From Octopus sinensis (Eukaryota), in the NCBI RefSeq assembly GCF_006345805.1, contig NC_042999.1, positions 124,930,001 through 124,994,000 on the forward strand: a stretch of 64,000 nucleotides of DNA. Reading direction: 5' to 3'. Shown piece after piece: positions 28,166-41,660 of the stretch; position 1 is the stretch's first letter, and each line of letters starts with the position of its first letter. Both the position numbers and the translations under genes were made by a program. The notes beneath the pieces are model-generated. The model saw only the letters and a program-made list of their open reading frames with translations, had not been told where the DNA came from and did not search any database.

Positions 28166-28168
<3 letters not shown>

Positions 28169-28257
<89 letters not shown>

Positions 28258-28270
28258 ACACACACACATA
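28169..28270. repeat. Compound microsatellite (TA)n(GA)n(CA)n
   Basis: Read directly from the sequence. Confidence 0.95.
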
Positions 28271-28282
28271 CACACATGCACG

Positions 28283-29545
28283 CATAAAGTTTGGCTGAAA
28301 AGTTCACAGGTTCACCAAAATACTCTCAAGGTTTATTTTTCACATATTTCCCCTTGCAGTTCACACATTTCTTCCATCAGTGTTGCAGTACTAAAATCCC
28401 ATTGGTGAAGAAGCTTTCATCTTGCTGATCAAAAATGACAACAACAGATATGATATCAACAGTACTGCAAAACTGCTTCCATGCCAAGTGTTTCTTTCAT
28501 GCTGAGGAACAGACGATAGACAGATGGAGCCAAATTAGTATAGGGACGGTGATCAACCATTTCAAAGCGACAATCATGCACAGCAACCATTGAGAGCAAG
28601 GGCTTAGGTGCTGGACCATTGTCCTGATGAAACAAGACAAATTTTGTCAGTTTTGCTGGGCATCTGGTCTTGATAGCCTTCTATAACTGTCTCAGCAAGT
28701 TGGCATAGTACTCTCCATTATTGGTGTGACCCTTTTGAAGATAGTCAATAAACAAAATAGCTTTTGTGTCCCAATAACCTGAGGCCATCACCTTCCCTGC
28801 AGATCAAATGACCTTGGCCTTCTTTGGGACAAGTGAGGAGGGGTGCTTCCACTGCATGGATTGTCTCTTTGTCTCTGGTTAAACTGATGAAGCCAACACT
28901 CATCGAGAGTTAAGAAACATTCGAGGAAACCAGCTGGATCTACCTCAAACAATGTCAGATTTTTTCATGTGATCAGCCTGGTGCACTTTTAACCAAGTAT
29001 CAGAAGCATTGGCACTCACTGAGCAGAAACCTTTGTCGTGACAAGTTTATTGTGCAGAATATTCTCAACTCTCTCACAGGATTTGCTAATAGCACAGGCT
29101 ATTTGATTTGTAGTCAGTCAACTGTCATCCATAACCATGTGATGAACACAATCAATGTTTTTGTCAGTGGTGGTAGTTGCAAGACATCCACACATTGGGT
29201 CATCTTCAAGACTCACCGTTCTCCTCGTAAATTCAGCTGCCCACTTTAGCACAGTTGATAAAACTGGAGTGTCATCCCCTAATGTAGCAACCATATCAGC
29301 TGAATGTCCTTGGGGACTAAATCTTTTTTCTACGGATACTTGACAACACCACAATACCAAATTTTGTCCATTTTCAAGAGAATCCGCTACTAGTTACTTT
29401 TGAAGTTTTCTTTGAACAGTCAGATGTCATTTTACTTGCATAGAACCAGTGCAACTATTAAGAAGAACTGAAATTAATGCCTGCAAGATTTCACAGCTCT
29501 AGCATCATTCTTTGTCAGTCTTTGAACATTTCAGCCCACCTTCAT
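28283..29545 (-). mobile_element. Decayed mariner transposon
   Basis: KWAAEF...SLEDDP (HTH region), LFHQDNGPAP and PY..NLAPSVYRLF motifs; imperfect TIRs (GGCTGAAAnGTTCA). Confidence 0.85.
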
Positions 29546-29809
29546 ATATCATCATCATCATCATTTAACGACCATTGTCCATGCTAGCAACACCACACAC
29601 ACACACACACAATACATTGGTTGGCTGAGGCTACTCAGCTCTACACAGTGAGATATAACTGAAAATCAAATAACTACATAGCAAACTTCAAATCCACACA
29701 GCCATGCATGAGTATATCATTAGGCCATAAATAAAAATATAATTTTTAAAAATTAAAATAAAAAATAAAAGCTGAGAGAAAGAATAGAATTGAACTAGAA
29801 ATAACTTAC

Positions 29810-29873
29810 CAAATCACTATAGTGATCAGAAAAGAGTCCTCCTACCGTCACATTGTCTCCACTTACACTAAAG
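29810..29873 (-). CDS. MIPEP: MIPEP coding exon 6
   Basis: FSVSGDNVTVGGLFSDHYSDL; tag/gtaagt. Confidence 0.88.
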
Positions 29874-30427
29874 CTATAAAATAGAAATTTTAAATGGTCA
29901 AGTAAATCATGATCAACATTTTTCTGGTATAATTACATGTAGTCTTCAGCAAGCTTAAAAATATTAATCCATGTTGTTAATAATGTAAATCTACTTGGTT
30001 TAGTTTTATTATGGTTTGTTGTGTTGTTACAATCATCTGCTAAACTAGCAGTGTTAACACCTAACAGCCAAATCTCTCTCAAATCACATTTTACCAGAAG
30101 GACACATTGGACACCGTAACAGATAATATAAAAGCTCTTAAAATTATGGGATGGTCACAGCAAGAATGCCTTTTATTATAGGTCTGCAAAATTAAGGTTG
30201 ATCACCACAAGTTCCAGTTGTTTTGTGGTGGCTAACATACATCAGTGACTCTAAGAGTTATGCCAGTAAAGCACAAGCCCCTGATAGGGCTCCTGTGTTG
30301 GACATGTCAAAGGATAGATGCCAGAGAGTTATGAACTACCTTCTTCGACACACACACACCACATATATAATCGACTTCCTCCCTGAAGAAGAAGAAGTTG
30401 GAGGAGGAGGAGGGGGAGTTGTAGTTA

Positions 30428-30464
<37 letters not shown>

Positions 30465-31280
30465 TAAATACAGCTGTGCCTACAATTACATATCTTCTTG
30501 ATATAAAGAGAATATGCTAAACAAACAACAGAAATATGTGGAGAATTTTTGATTGGGAAGTTTCGTGCAACAATTTGTATGACCTCTGGGTGATAGTGGT
30601 GGGTGTCATGAAAGTGATAATTATGAAACTGTACATTTATTTATTCTTTAGTCCAAGGAGGAAAGTAACACTACTACTGACCAATTAGACTGCTGAGACC
30701 AATAGAAGCTGTTGGGAAAATGTGGGCAGAGGGAGAATTCTAAAACTGTGCAGAATGAACTATGTGTGTGCTTGTAGATTTAATATTGTTTCTATACTTT
30801 AACCTCCAGCACACTGCATTTTCTCTAGAATTGTTTCTCCTGTTACAGCCCAGTTATTGCAAGGGAAACATGATGCACCTACAGAACTCATAGGGTGACA
30901 TGATGCACCTACAGTGTGTTAAAGGTTAATACTGTTACAATAATAGATATTAGTTTTTAATGGCACTTATATTTTTATTCATGTTAACTTTGGTCAGCTG
31001 GTTCATAAGCCTGTATATTTGTTGGTATTGTTAGAGAAATTAGTCTTTTACAGTTTTTTACTGGTTAGCTTTCCAAAAGATAAACATCTAAGAATGGAAT
31101 ATTTTAACTTGGTACACAGTGTTGCAAGTCAATTAGTTGTTTGTCAAATGAAACAACACAGTGGACGTTAACAAGCATTAATTGAACTCACAGTCTTTTG
31201 ATTATTTGTTAAGCTCTTAAGGCATTTGGGCATAAATGCTTCTTTAACATTTTTAATAAATAAAACGTGATGCTACTTAC

Positions 31281-31399
31281 CAATGTTGAAGTTTGTCTGG
31301 CAACTGACTTTTTAAAATGGAGGAAGGCTTCTGACAACCCTGAGAGAAATACGTTCCCAACATCAAAATACTTTCATTCAATTGCACAAAATGTTTTCT
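31281..31399 (-). CDS. MIPEP: MIPEP coding exon 5
   Basis: RKHFVQLNESILMLGTYFSQGCQKPSSILKSQLPDKLQH(C). Confidence 0.9.
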
Positions 31400-32186
31400 C
31401 TGAAAAGTTAAAAAAAAATTAATCAATTTACTGTCAAAAGAATATTTGAATACCAACAGAGACATTTTTTATTGCTTTATTTAGAAAAAAATAACAAAAT
31501 AATTATGAAGTGTCAAAGTTTAGTTACTGTATATATATTGTGTAATCTTTTCTTTACAGATATCAAAAAGATAACTTACCTTCATCATTATCATCATCAT
31601 CGTTGTTGTTATAATGTCTACTTTTCCATGTTTGCATGAATTACATTAAATTTGTTGAGACAGATTTTCTATGGCTGGATGCTCTTCCTATTGCCAACTC
31701 TCCCCTGTTTCTAAGCACATATTTTTCCCTAGACACTGGCATGGCTGTGTGGTAAGTGTGCTCCTCAACGACATGGTTCCAAGTTCAGTCCCACCGTATG
31801 GCACCTTTGGTGTCTTCTACTATAGCCTCAAGTCAATCAAAGCCTTATGAGTGGATTTGGTAGACGGAAACTGACAGAAGCCATTGTACACAGGTGCATG
31901 CGTGCATGTCTTTGTCTCTGAGTTTGCCAGCACCCCACCCCCACACACACTTGACAACCAGTGTTAGTATGTTTACACTCCTGTAACTTAGCAGTCTGGC
32001 AAAAGAGACCGGTAGAATAAGTACCAGGTTTAAAAAGAATAAGCACTGGGGTTGATTTGTTCAGCTAAACATTCTTCAAGGTGGTACCCCAGTATGGCCA
32101 CAGTCTAATGACTGAAAACATGTCATGTGATTATGAAGATTGTTTGCAATTAATGTGTAATTTGAAGACAAGGAGACACACACATA

Positions 32187-32222
<36 letters not shown>

Positions 32223-32559
32223 TAGCTTCTTTTCAATGTCTAACAAGCAGATTCACTGGCAAAACTTTGATCTGCCTGGAGCTATAGAAGTCATTTGCCC
32301 AATATGTTATGCAACGGGACTTGAACTTAAACCATGCAGTTGTGAAGAAAATTTCTTAACCACACAGCCAAACCTGCACATACAAACTTTCTTATTACTT
32401 AATTAGCCAAAAGATAGGATGCATCTTTTGGTTGTACTGAGAATGACCTGAGGAAATGACTGGGTATCAACATTACTGAATGATATATAATAGAGAGATG
32501 GCTAAATGGGGAGAGATATGTAATGTAAAAAGTTGGTTGGTATTAACTGAGAAAATGTC

Positions 32560-32950
32560 TCAACATAATCTCTCTCAAAACACGAGCACTGTTGAACATG
32601 TACACTTACATTGTACATCTAGCAGAGAAGAACTAACCTCATTCCTTTCTAACCTTCACATCTCCTCTGCATTCAAGGCCCATGTCTCACTACCATTGCT
32701 GTCCGTATACATGCATCATACAAATTTACTTTCACATGGAAAGAGAAACAAACAGGGGTAACAGCTCTCTGAATTTCCTCTGTCTAATTCTTATTCTAGT
32801 TATCACACTCTCTGTGCATCCTCCCCCACAACTAATTTGGTTCCCTAAGTAGCAGAAGTTATCTACTACCTCTAATGAGCCACCAGGGAATTTGAGAGAA
32901 TCAATTTCCACAGTCTCTAAAGATTTTATGTATCCTGTGCACCTGTGCAT
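32560..32950 (-). mobile_element. Decayed RTE LINE RT fragment
   Basis: SLEVVDNFCYLGNQISCGGGC..SVITRIR...KFRELLPL (RT thumb region). Confidence 0.75.
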
Positions 32951-33728
32951 CTTCCACATATGAAAACTATTTTCTCTGATAAGCTTCCTATTTATCAGAT
33001 ATATACTTAAGTGACGATAAAAGTTCAAAAGACTCAAATTAGTCATATGGCACTGTAAATTAAGACATTTATACACTTTATAGAAAGAGCTGCTTTCCAG
33101 TAGAACCTCTTCTTAACATGAGTCCCACAACCATCATCATCATCATCATTTAACGTCCACTTTCCATGCTAGCATGGGTTGGACGATTTGACTGAGGACT
33201 GGCGAACCAGACTCCAATCTGATCTGGCAAAGTTTCTACAGCTGGATGCCCTTCCTAACGCCAACCACTCCGAGAGTGTAGTGAGTGCTTTTACGTGCCA
33301 CCGGCACAAGGGCCAATCTGCTGGTACTGGCAACGGCCACACTCAAATGGTGATTTTTACATGCCACCTGCACAGGTGTCAGCTCAGCAGCACTGGCAAC
33401 GACCTCGCTCGAATGTTTTGTTCAAGTGCCAGTAAGGCAACACTGGTAACGATCACGCTCAAATGGTGCTTTTTATGTGCCACCAGCACGGTACTCAGCA
33501 GCAAGTAATGAAACACAAAGTAACTTTAGTGACAACAGCAGGGATCAATTGTTTAACAGCTTAATTACTCAAATACTACTTCCCTTCAGCTTTTCTATTC
33601 AATTTTATGTCTATCTTTAATCATAGTATTTAAGAGTGAAAAGAATAAAATCTTCATTGTAACACTCAACAATTCTTTACTTCCCATTTTTTTAAAGAAT
33701 TAGAATATAGAAAAAGAAGTCAAATTAC

Positions 33729-33876
33729 CTTCACTTCATCTAAATGAATCCCACTTTGTTCAAAATCAAACAAGAAGAGCTTTCCAACTCTCTCATCAAC
33801 ACAATCCATTGGAATAATATCACCAGTTTCCAGAACTTTCTTCAGTGCCTGGTATAGCTCCACATTAGTATTCAAA
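33729..33876 (-). CDS. MIPEP: MIPEP coding exon 4
   Basis: LNTNVELYQALKKVLETGDIIPMDCVDERVGKLFLFDFEQSGIHLDEVK (LNT..LY and DFE.SGIHL motifs). Confidence 0.95.
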
Positions 33877-34210
33877 CTGTTGGGCAAAAGAACATTCTTA
33901 TTAGGTTTAAACAGCTATCGAATATAAGATTAATTTTGTAAAACAAATCACACAAAAATTAACTTCATTTAGGATTTTTAACACATTTCTGTATTCAAAA
34001 GACATTGAAACTTCTGTTTAACTAGTTTTGACCTATCGATTGTTGCTTTTTTGTGTGTTTTTTTTTTTTATTCTTCAACAACCAAAGAATAATATACTAG
34101 GTTTAACAATTTATTCTTTCAACTCACATTACTGTCATCAATCAATAATTAAAAAAAAACAAAAAACAGTTCAATGAGATGTGAATAAAAGTAACCAACC
34201 ACCATCTTAC

Positions 34211-34299
34211 CATTCAACAAGTCCTGACAAAGCAATGCAGCAGTCTTCAGCACTTTTTGTATAGGCTTCATTTGGGTGTGCAAGTCGAATAAATTCGGA
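34211..34299 (-). CDS. MIPEP: MIPEP coding exon 3
   Basis: SEFIRLAHPNEAYTKSAEDCCIALSGLVE. Confidence 0.94.
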
Positions 34300-35214
34300 C
34301 TGAAAATAATATAAAACTCAAAATTAACATATTGTAATTGATAACTTTAATCCCAACCTATAGTCCATATTATCTACCTTATACTAAGACCAAACTATGA
34401 TAAAGTATATGTATATATAATTATTTTATGGAATTAAATTTTGTTCAAGATACTTGACTACTCAAATTCCCACAATCCCTTTATTTATACCAATATAACA
34501 ATTCTGAAAATATTTACTCTGCTTTTATATGTCAGTGATTATCAAGAGAATTATATGTGCCAGCCTCGCCTGGCCTCCGTGCCGGTGGCATGTAAAAAGC
34601 ACCATCCGAGTGTGGCCGTTTGCCAGCCTCGTCTGGCACCTGTGTCGGTGGCACATAAAAAGCACCCACTACACTCACGGAGTGGTTGGCGTTAGGAAGG
34701 GCATCCAGCTGTAGAAACACCGCCAGATATGACTGGCCTGGTGCAGCCTTCGGGCTTCCCAGACCCCAGTTGAACCGTCCAACCCATGCTAGCATGGAAA
34801 GCGGACGTTAAACGATGATTATGATGATAAAGAGTATGCTTTAGTAACGTACCAATGTGATCTACTTACATTATTTTACTATATTACTGGAATATTTCTA
34901 ACTAATCAAATAGATTAATCGAATAACTGCTTCTCTTAAATAAATGATTATTCTTTTCTTAAACATTTTAATTTCAGCAACCACACTGTAGAAGTCATTC
35001 TATCAGTTTAATAAAACACAAAAAGCTGTTAATTTCACTTTGAATTTAAATTTATTTCATGAAGGGTTGAAGTGTCTCTGTTTTTTCCCCTTTCATCACA
35101 CAACTGCAATCTGACCACTGACAAGGTTCAACTGCAAAATAGAATGATACACTAGAAAATGTAGTTCAAGATATACAAAAAGACAAGGATGGTCACAGCC
35201 AGAACACCTTTGAT

Positions 35215-35745
35215 TATAATAATGAAATTATTGTATACAGTGCTCAGGTGCACCACAACTTGTCAGTGTATATGCAGTAATGTACAAATGTCTGGAAAGT
35301 GAACAATGCATGAGTCAGATACATGCTTGTGTGTGTATGGAGGGGAGAAAATCAAGCGTAGTATTGGCGAATCTCAGAAAGCATGGAAGTTTTGAAGGAT
35401 GCAGTGCTCCAACAGCTAACAACTGATGCCGGCAGTTTGTTCCATGCTTCAGCAACTCTCAGCGTGAAAAAATGTTTCCTGAAGTCATGGGAGCTGTGCT
35501 GTTTTCTGACTTTGCAAATATGTCCACGGGTGTTAGATGGGTGGAGTTTGAAAAGGTGCTCAGAGTTATTGTTTGTAAGATGGTTGATAATTTTATGGGT
35601 GTCTGCCAAGTCAGCTGCCAGACGTCGGAGTTTCAATGTGTCCATGCCCAGGGAAGTAAGGCATTCAGGATATGGCAAATGCCTAATGGAGGGTATTCTT
35701 TTGGTTGCACGTCGCTGAACGGCATCCAGACGATTGATAAGTCTA
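35215..35745 (-). mobile_element. CR1/L2-type LINE 3' fragment
   Basis: LTSLGMDTLKLRRLAADL...TRGH...FRKHFFTLRVAEAWNKLP; ATT-rich tail. Confidence 0.8.
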
Positions 35746-36451
35746 CTTGGCTGAATCAGGTTGACTTGGGACTAAACAACAGCTACCTCATTTCAGAAAA
35801 TAAATTAACAGAAGCTATATATGGCCATGCAGTTAAGCAGAACACTTAACAAATTATACAAACTAGAGCTGTGTTCATGACCAGGTTGCAGTAATGCAGT
35901 CAAGATTTTGACACCTCATGAAGTAAATTTAAAGTGCATTTAACAGCTTTGCAGGTTATTAAATGGATAATATAGCTCTTTCATGATGTAGTTGCTTCAA
36001 TTTTAACATACAATCTCAGATCAAGTTACTTGCTTGACTTGTATAATTTTGATGCTTGTTAAATACATACAACTTTTAAGCCAGTTGAAATATAACTGGT
36101 CTTAGCCTATGGGTTTTTTTTTTTTTTGGTATTCTACTACAACCAAAGTATATGCTAGGGTCAGCAATTTATTCCTCTCAATTTACTGTCTTCCTCCTTC
36201 AGCATTTAAACCAGCCATATCTGGTCCTAATATTTCACCTGTCCTATATTGAAACCAGCCAGATCTAGCCTCTCACACCTGCCCTACAATGTCATCCTGA
36301 AAAAAGCAATCATATTAAGCCCACCTAGCTTAAAAGTTTCTATTTTTTTTACTTAAAATAGATTATTCAGAAAGTTTAATTTTTTCTGAGATATAATAAT
36401 TACAAAAAAAATCTAGTCAAATGGTTCACAAAATAAACAGTAAATACTCAC

Positions 36452-36625
36452 CATATCAGCAACACGACATAAAGAATCTGATAGACTGTCAAAAATTTCA
36501 ACCATTTTTCGTTTACGGTTTGGACTGAGTGCTTCATTGACTAATTCATTGATAGAATTTTCCACATTCTCTTTCAGAAGATAAAACCCATTGTGATTTC
36601 TTAACTCAGGAATACCAAAAAGACC
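36452..36625 (-). CDS. MIPEP: MIPEP coding exon 2
   Basis: GLFGIPELRNHNGFYLLKENVENSINELVNEALSPNRKRKMVEIFDSLSDSLCRVADM (GLFG.PEL and D.LSDSLCRVAD motifs). Confidence 0.95.
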
Positions 36626-36717
36626 CTTATGAAAAAAAAAGAAAAGATTTTTGTTTTCAGTTTTGTTGTTATTTCTATAATTAACAAGATGACAAAAACA
36701 AGCACAAGAAAAAAAGA

Positions 36718-36756
<39 letters not shown>

Positions 36757-37102
36757 CATTATGTGTTTATCTGTGTATGTGTGTGTGTGAGTGAATGAAT
36801 TAATGAATGAAGGCAGGCATTTATGCAAATATCAGTATAGTATACGTGGATGTATTCTTTTCTGAGATGGCTGTATGTGTTTGTGTACAGGTGTATGAGT
36901 TAATAGACCCACTTTTATTACAACTGACTAAAAATTCTGTTCAATCAAACATACTGAAGGCAATGAAACCAAACATGGAATAGAAGAGAGGGCAATGACA
37001 GAAAAGCCAGAATGTATGGATGAAAGAAGCAAGAGTCTGATGATAGAAACAGCAGGATTGGAGTGAGGGAGGTAGGAGTAACAGGAAAGGTCAACAGAAG
37101 TA

Positions 37103-37871
37103 CCATAAAAACCCATGTAATTTGCGCACCTGTGTAATTTATGCAGGTGATTTTAGAATAAAAATTGTTAAAAAAGCTTCTACTCATGTAAAATTCGCAC
37201 CCAAAAGTTTTCAATTTAGTTGTATTTAGTATAATTTCACTTACTTATGATTAGATTTTATTAAATTTTCATTAAATAAAAATAATTTCTGTTTAACAGG
37301 TATTACATTAAAAGCTATTAAATTACAAAGTGCTTGTGTGGTTTATAATAAACTTCATTTTACATTTCTTGCCCACAAGAGATTATGTTTGATCTTTAGC
37401 ATACTTCTGTATGTCTTCTCAAATCACAGGAAAAGTTGTTTATAATAATTACCAACAAAAAAAAAAGCTGATAAATATGCACAGATATTGCAAATTAAGT
37501 TTAATTACCAATAAATATCAACTTGGATGACACTTTACTCAACCGAGTAAAATATGTAAAATATGGCCTGGACCATGATTACCAGCATGAACGTCAGACT
37601 TCAAAAAGAAGTTATACAGAAAAAGAAATTTATACCTTCCAGCCTAAATAAAAGTCAACTTCATTATATTTAAGTCCTTATTTTTTTTGTAAAAACTTAT
37701 TCTGACATTAAATGAATCAACTTCCAGTACAAATGTTTACATTTTGTATGTTTTTTTCAACAAAAAAAATTCTAAAACATTCTGGAAATGATCAACTCAT
37801 GTAATTTACGCACCCCTAAGGTTTATTTTTATTTTTGCGAGAAAATGCGTAAATTACATGGGTTTTTATGG
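37103..37871. mobile_element. Tc1/mariner-type MITE
   Basis: TIRs CCATAAAAACCCATGTAATTTRCGCA, TA duplication and subterminal TGTAATTTRCGCACC repeats. Confidence 0.8.
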
Positions 37872-38349
37872 TAAATGGTGAGTGACACTGGAAGTAGTGT
37901 GAAAGAGAGTGATGACTGGCAGTACAGAAAGAATGAAAGTATGATGTATTGAGTACAAACCGATCCATTGCAGTCTTTTATACATAGGCCCAGGGATGGA
38001 TGAGAAAGAGTGATGAGGATAGTAGTGAAAGGAATGATGTGGGTATGAGTACAAATGATGAGCAGTATGAGTAATGGAGTGATGAGTGATGGAGAGAGAC
38101 AAGTCATATGGTTGAAAGAGGAGTGATGAAGAGAGATGAGAGAAAGGAAGATATTATAGGATCACAATATGAATAAAAAATAAACACTAGCACTTCTCAT
38201 TTCCTTTTTTTTGTTTTATAAGTTTCAGGTTGTCTGACTATTACAAAAACATGAGTGTATACGGTAGACAGAAGGACAAAAATGTTGAGAAAGTTAAATG
38301 AAATCACACACACACACACACATATATATATATTCTTAAAAAAACTTAC

Positions 38350-38556
38350 AGCATCATCCTTCCTCAAGTTAAAAGAAAGTTTCTGACGAGGTTTAGTGTT
38401 GAATGCAGCAGTTAATGAAGACTGTTGAGTCGTGTGCACAAATCTATTTGAGGAATATTCTCGAATTTGATCCTTGACAAGTTTAGACACTGGAAACAAT
38501 GTTTTGGTCTTAAGTGCATTTTTGATGCACAGCAACATAGAATGCTTAAGAGGCAT
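38350..38556 (-). CDS. MIPEP: MIPEP coding exon 1 (mitochondrial presequence)
   Basis: MPLKHSMLLCIKNALK...NRFVHTTQQSSLTAAFNTKPRQKLSFNLRKDDA, basic and with the AAFN.KP motif of MIPEP N-termini; gtaagt donor in phase 0. All 19 exons total 2142 nt = 713 aa + stop. Confidence 0.88.
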
Positions 38557-41001
38557 TATTTCTGAGATTGGTTAAGAAACCTGAAATTGGTAATTCACTT
38601 GAGACACACCATCAACTCAGTGAGAATCATTTGCCATACGTTCAAAATGGAGGCTTTTACATCGGATCTGTAAATACAAAAGGATTTTATGAAAGAATGT
38701 AAATGTGGTGGGGAGATGTAAACAGATTTACAAATTCATACCTAAATACTTATACAAGGATGTATTAACCAATTTTACATTTTTGTCTAACACACATGCA
38801 CACACAGGCTTCTATCAGTTTCTGTCTACCAAATCCACTCACAAGGCTTTGGTCAGCCTGAGGCTATAGTAGAAGACACTTGCACAAAGTGCCATGCAGT
38901 GGGACTGAACCTGGAACCATGTGGTTGGTAAGCAAGCTACTTACCACACACCCACTCCTGCGCCTGTATGTAAATATTTATTTTATTGATCCCAGACTGA
39001 TCTTTGATTTTAACATGTCACTTATATTTTGTTAAACTTTAGCTGATATTAGGTTGTTTAATGACTGCAAAAGAATTTTTCTGAACATCATGCTATAACG
39101 AGTTCTTTGGAGAATTTTTTTGAGCTGTCATTCATTCTTTTTTTTGAGTTGTTACTTAACATAAAAATTAACAACAGCAACACCAAACAAACAAAAAAAA
39201 AGATAGAAAGAGGCATGAATATATCAAATACTTTAAAATTCTTTTCCTTTGTCTTATTGCTAGTTATAGTTTTGTCATTGCTTAAGAAAGGAGAGTGTTG
39301 TAGGAAGATTTGGTTGATTTCCAATAGACTGAACAGATGTATAGAGAGATAAGATAATAAAAATTATTCAATTACTGAGTAATAAAAATAATTCTTTAAC
39401 AAAAAGGACCTTTAAAAAAAAATGAAGACAATATTGTTATAGCAATAAGAATTTTATACAAATGAAGGACATTTTTAGCCAATGCTGGACTGCAATCAGG
39501 AATAACAACACAAAAGATAATAACACCAAAGATATTTCCCATGACAAACGTTAGCCATGATACAGAATCAAATACAAAAAAAAATTCTTCCATGGATACC
39601 AAACAAACCTCTAACACTATCATGCAGTTTGATTTCATCTTTGTCATAATGTATTATTTTTAGCCAATCAGAAACCAGTATGCAAAGCCACCTTTTAGCT
39701 ACTCAAACAGAACAAAACTGCAGTCTGCTAATTCATTAGTGGTCATCAACAAGTAGCTATGGTTAGCTACCCTATTTGACATTTTTCCTCCCCTAGCTAA
39801 TCATTAACCTTGATAGAATAATTTCTACCAGTTTAAAAACATGTATGTTTACCTGGTTTTTCTCTTTATTGGTGGCTTTTTATCTGCTGACATATATTTG
39901 ACCCTACAATGCATTCCAGTGCTTTGTAAACACAAAACTAACTGCCTATTCTCACAAACATACTTATTTCAACTTTGATTAGATTGGTCCTGTACATTCA
40001 TTAAGATCTGTTACATTCCACACTGAATTATGTCCTATTTAAAACCTGTATTCTCAAATCACATGCTGTGTAATTCTTGCTGCACTAATCCCCCAACAAG
40101 TTCAGATTAGATTTATTTTTTTAATAGTATGTAGGAAATAAAAAGGAAAAAAAATCTACCATATTAAAGTGCTAACGATAGATTCTTGTGGTGTAAAAAA
40201 AAAATGTCACATTATGGGAAGAGGTGGTAAACGTATGTATGCAATTGAGAGAGAGATCCAAACAAAAGCTACTAGCATGTGCATACACACACTCATACAA
40301 ATGCTACTGGCACACTCACACAGATGGCAATTATTTGTGTGTGTGCATGTGTGAAAGAGTTGAAGTATATGCATATATGTGCATACATCATTAGTGTTCA
40401 TATGTCTGTGAGTGTAACTATGTGTACATGAAACAGTAGTATTTGATTTTCTCTCATACTATTTACCTGATGATTTAACACATGCATCTTAGAGCAAGTC
40501 ATTGCCATAAAGATTGAACATCTATCTATCACCACCATCATCGTTTAACATCCATTTTCCATGCTGGCATGGGTTGGACGGTTTGACTGAGGTCTGGAGA
40601 GCCAGTGGCTGCACCAGGCACCAATCTGATCTGGCAATGTTTCTACAGCTGGATGCCCTTCCTAACGCCAACCATTCCTAGCATTGATCACATTCGGACA
40701 GTGCTTTTTACATGCCACAGGCATGGGAGGTACTGGCAATGGCCACATTCAGATAGTGCTTTTTATGTGCCACTGGCACAGGAGCCAGTCAGGTGGACCT
40801 GGCATGGGCCACATTTGGATGGTGCTTTTTATGTGCCACTAGCACAGGAGCTAGATAGGGGGCACTGACCACAGCTACGATTTTGGTTTTACTTGACTCA
40901 ACAGGTCTTCTCAAGCATATATATATATACATATATATATATGCTTCAATATATATCCATATGTATTTACACATATACACACACATGCAATTATTCACAC
41001 A

Positions 41002-41034
<33 letters not shown>

Positions 41035-41485
41035 TACACTCACTCACACTAAAAAAATACATATTTATTAAATTTATTTCCATTTATCTATTATCAGAAA
41101 GGTTAAGTTCTTAGAGTTATGTAATGAGATTTTAATACCTAGAATTGATCAGTTAAGATCAAATAAAGAGAAAAGTTGAATGAGGGAATGGAGAGAAAAA
41201 GAATAAAATATTATATAATGAAATAAATATAGTAGAATATATGGGAGCATATACTGGGTTATTATTATACTGTAACTTAATATGTTTGTAATTATTAATT
41301 ATTAACAAAATAAATAAGTAAATTAGAGATCATTTCATTATATGTAGGAATAGCGTATAACATTATATGAAGAAAAACACAGTATTTGTATTCATGATTG
41401 ATTTTTTTGTGCTAAGATAGATTGGATTAGAACTATTTAGTAGTTAAACCAAGTGTTGATATTTAAAGATAATTTAACAAATATG

Positions 41486-41660
41486 CTTCTGTGACCTCAT
41501 CAGTGGTCCTTTGCTTTCTTCTTTATTATTTGTGTGTCTTTCCTTACTAATGATCAGCCATTATGTAGTTTGATAATAAGAAATTAATAAGAAAGAGGAA
41601 AGCAAAGGACCACAGTTGAGGTCACAGAAGTGTGACGAAAGAACTCTGGCCGAAATACGA
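41486..41660. mobile_element. 175-bp inverted-repeat insertion with hammerhead-like motif and 12-bp TSD
   Basis: TTAACAAATATG flanks both sides; arms 41486-41524 and ~41592-41630; CTGATGA/GAAA core elements. Confidence 0.65.
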
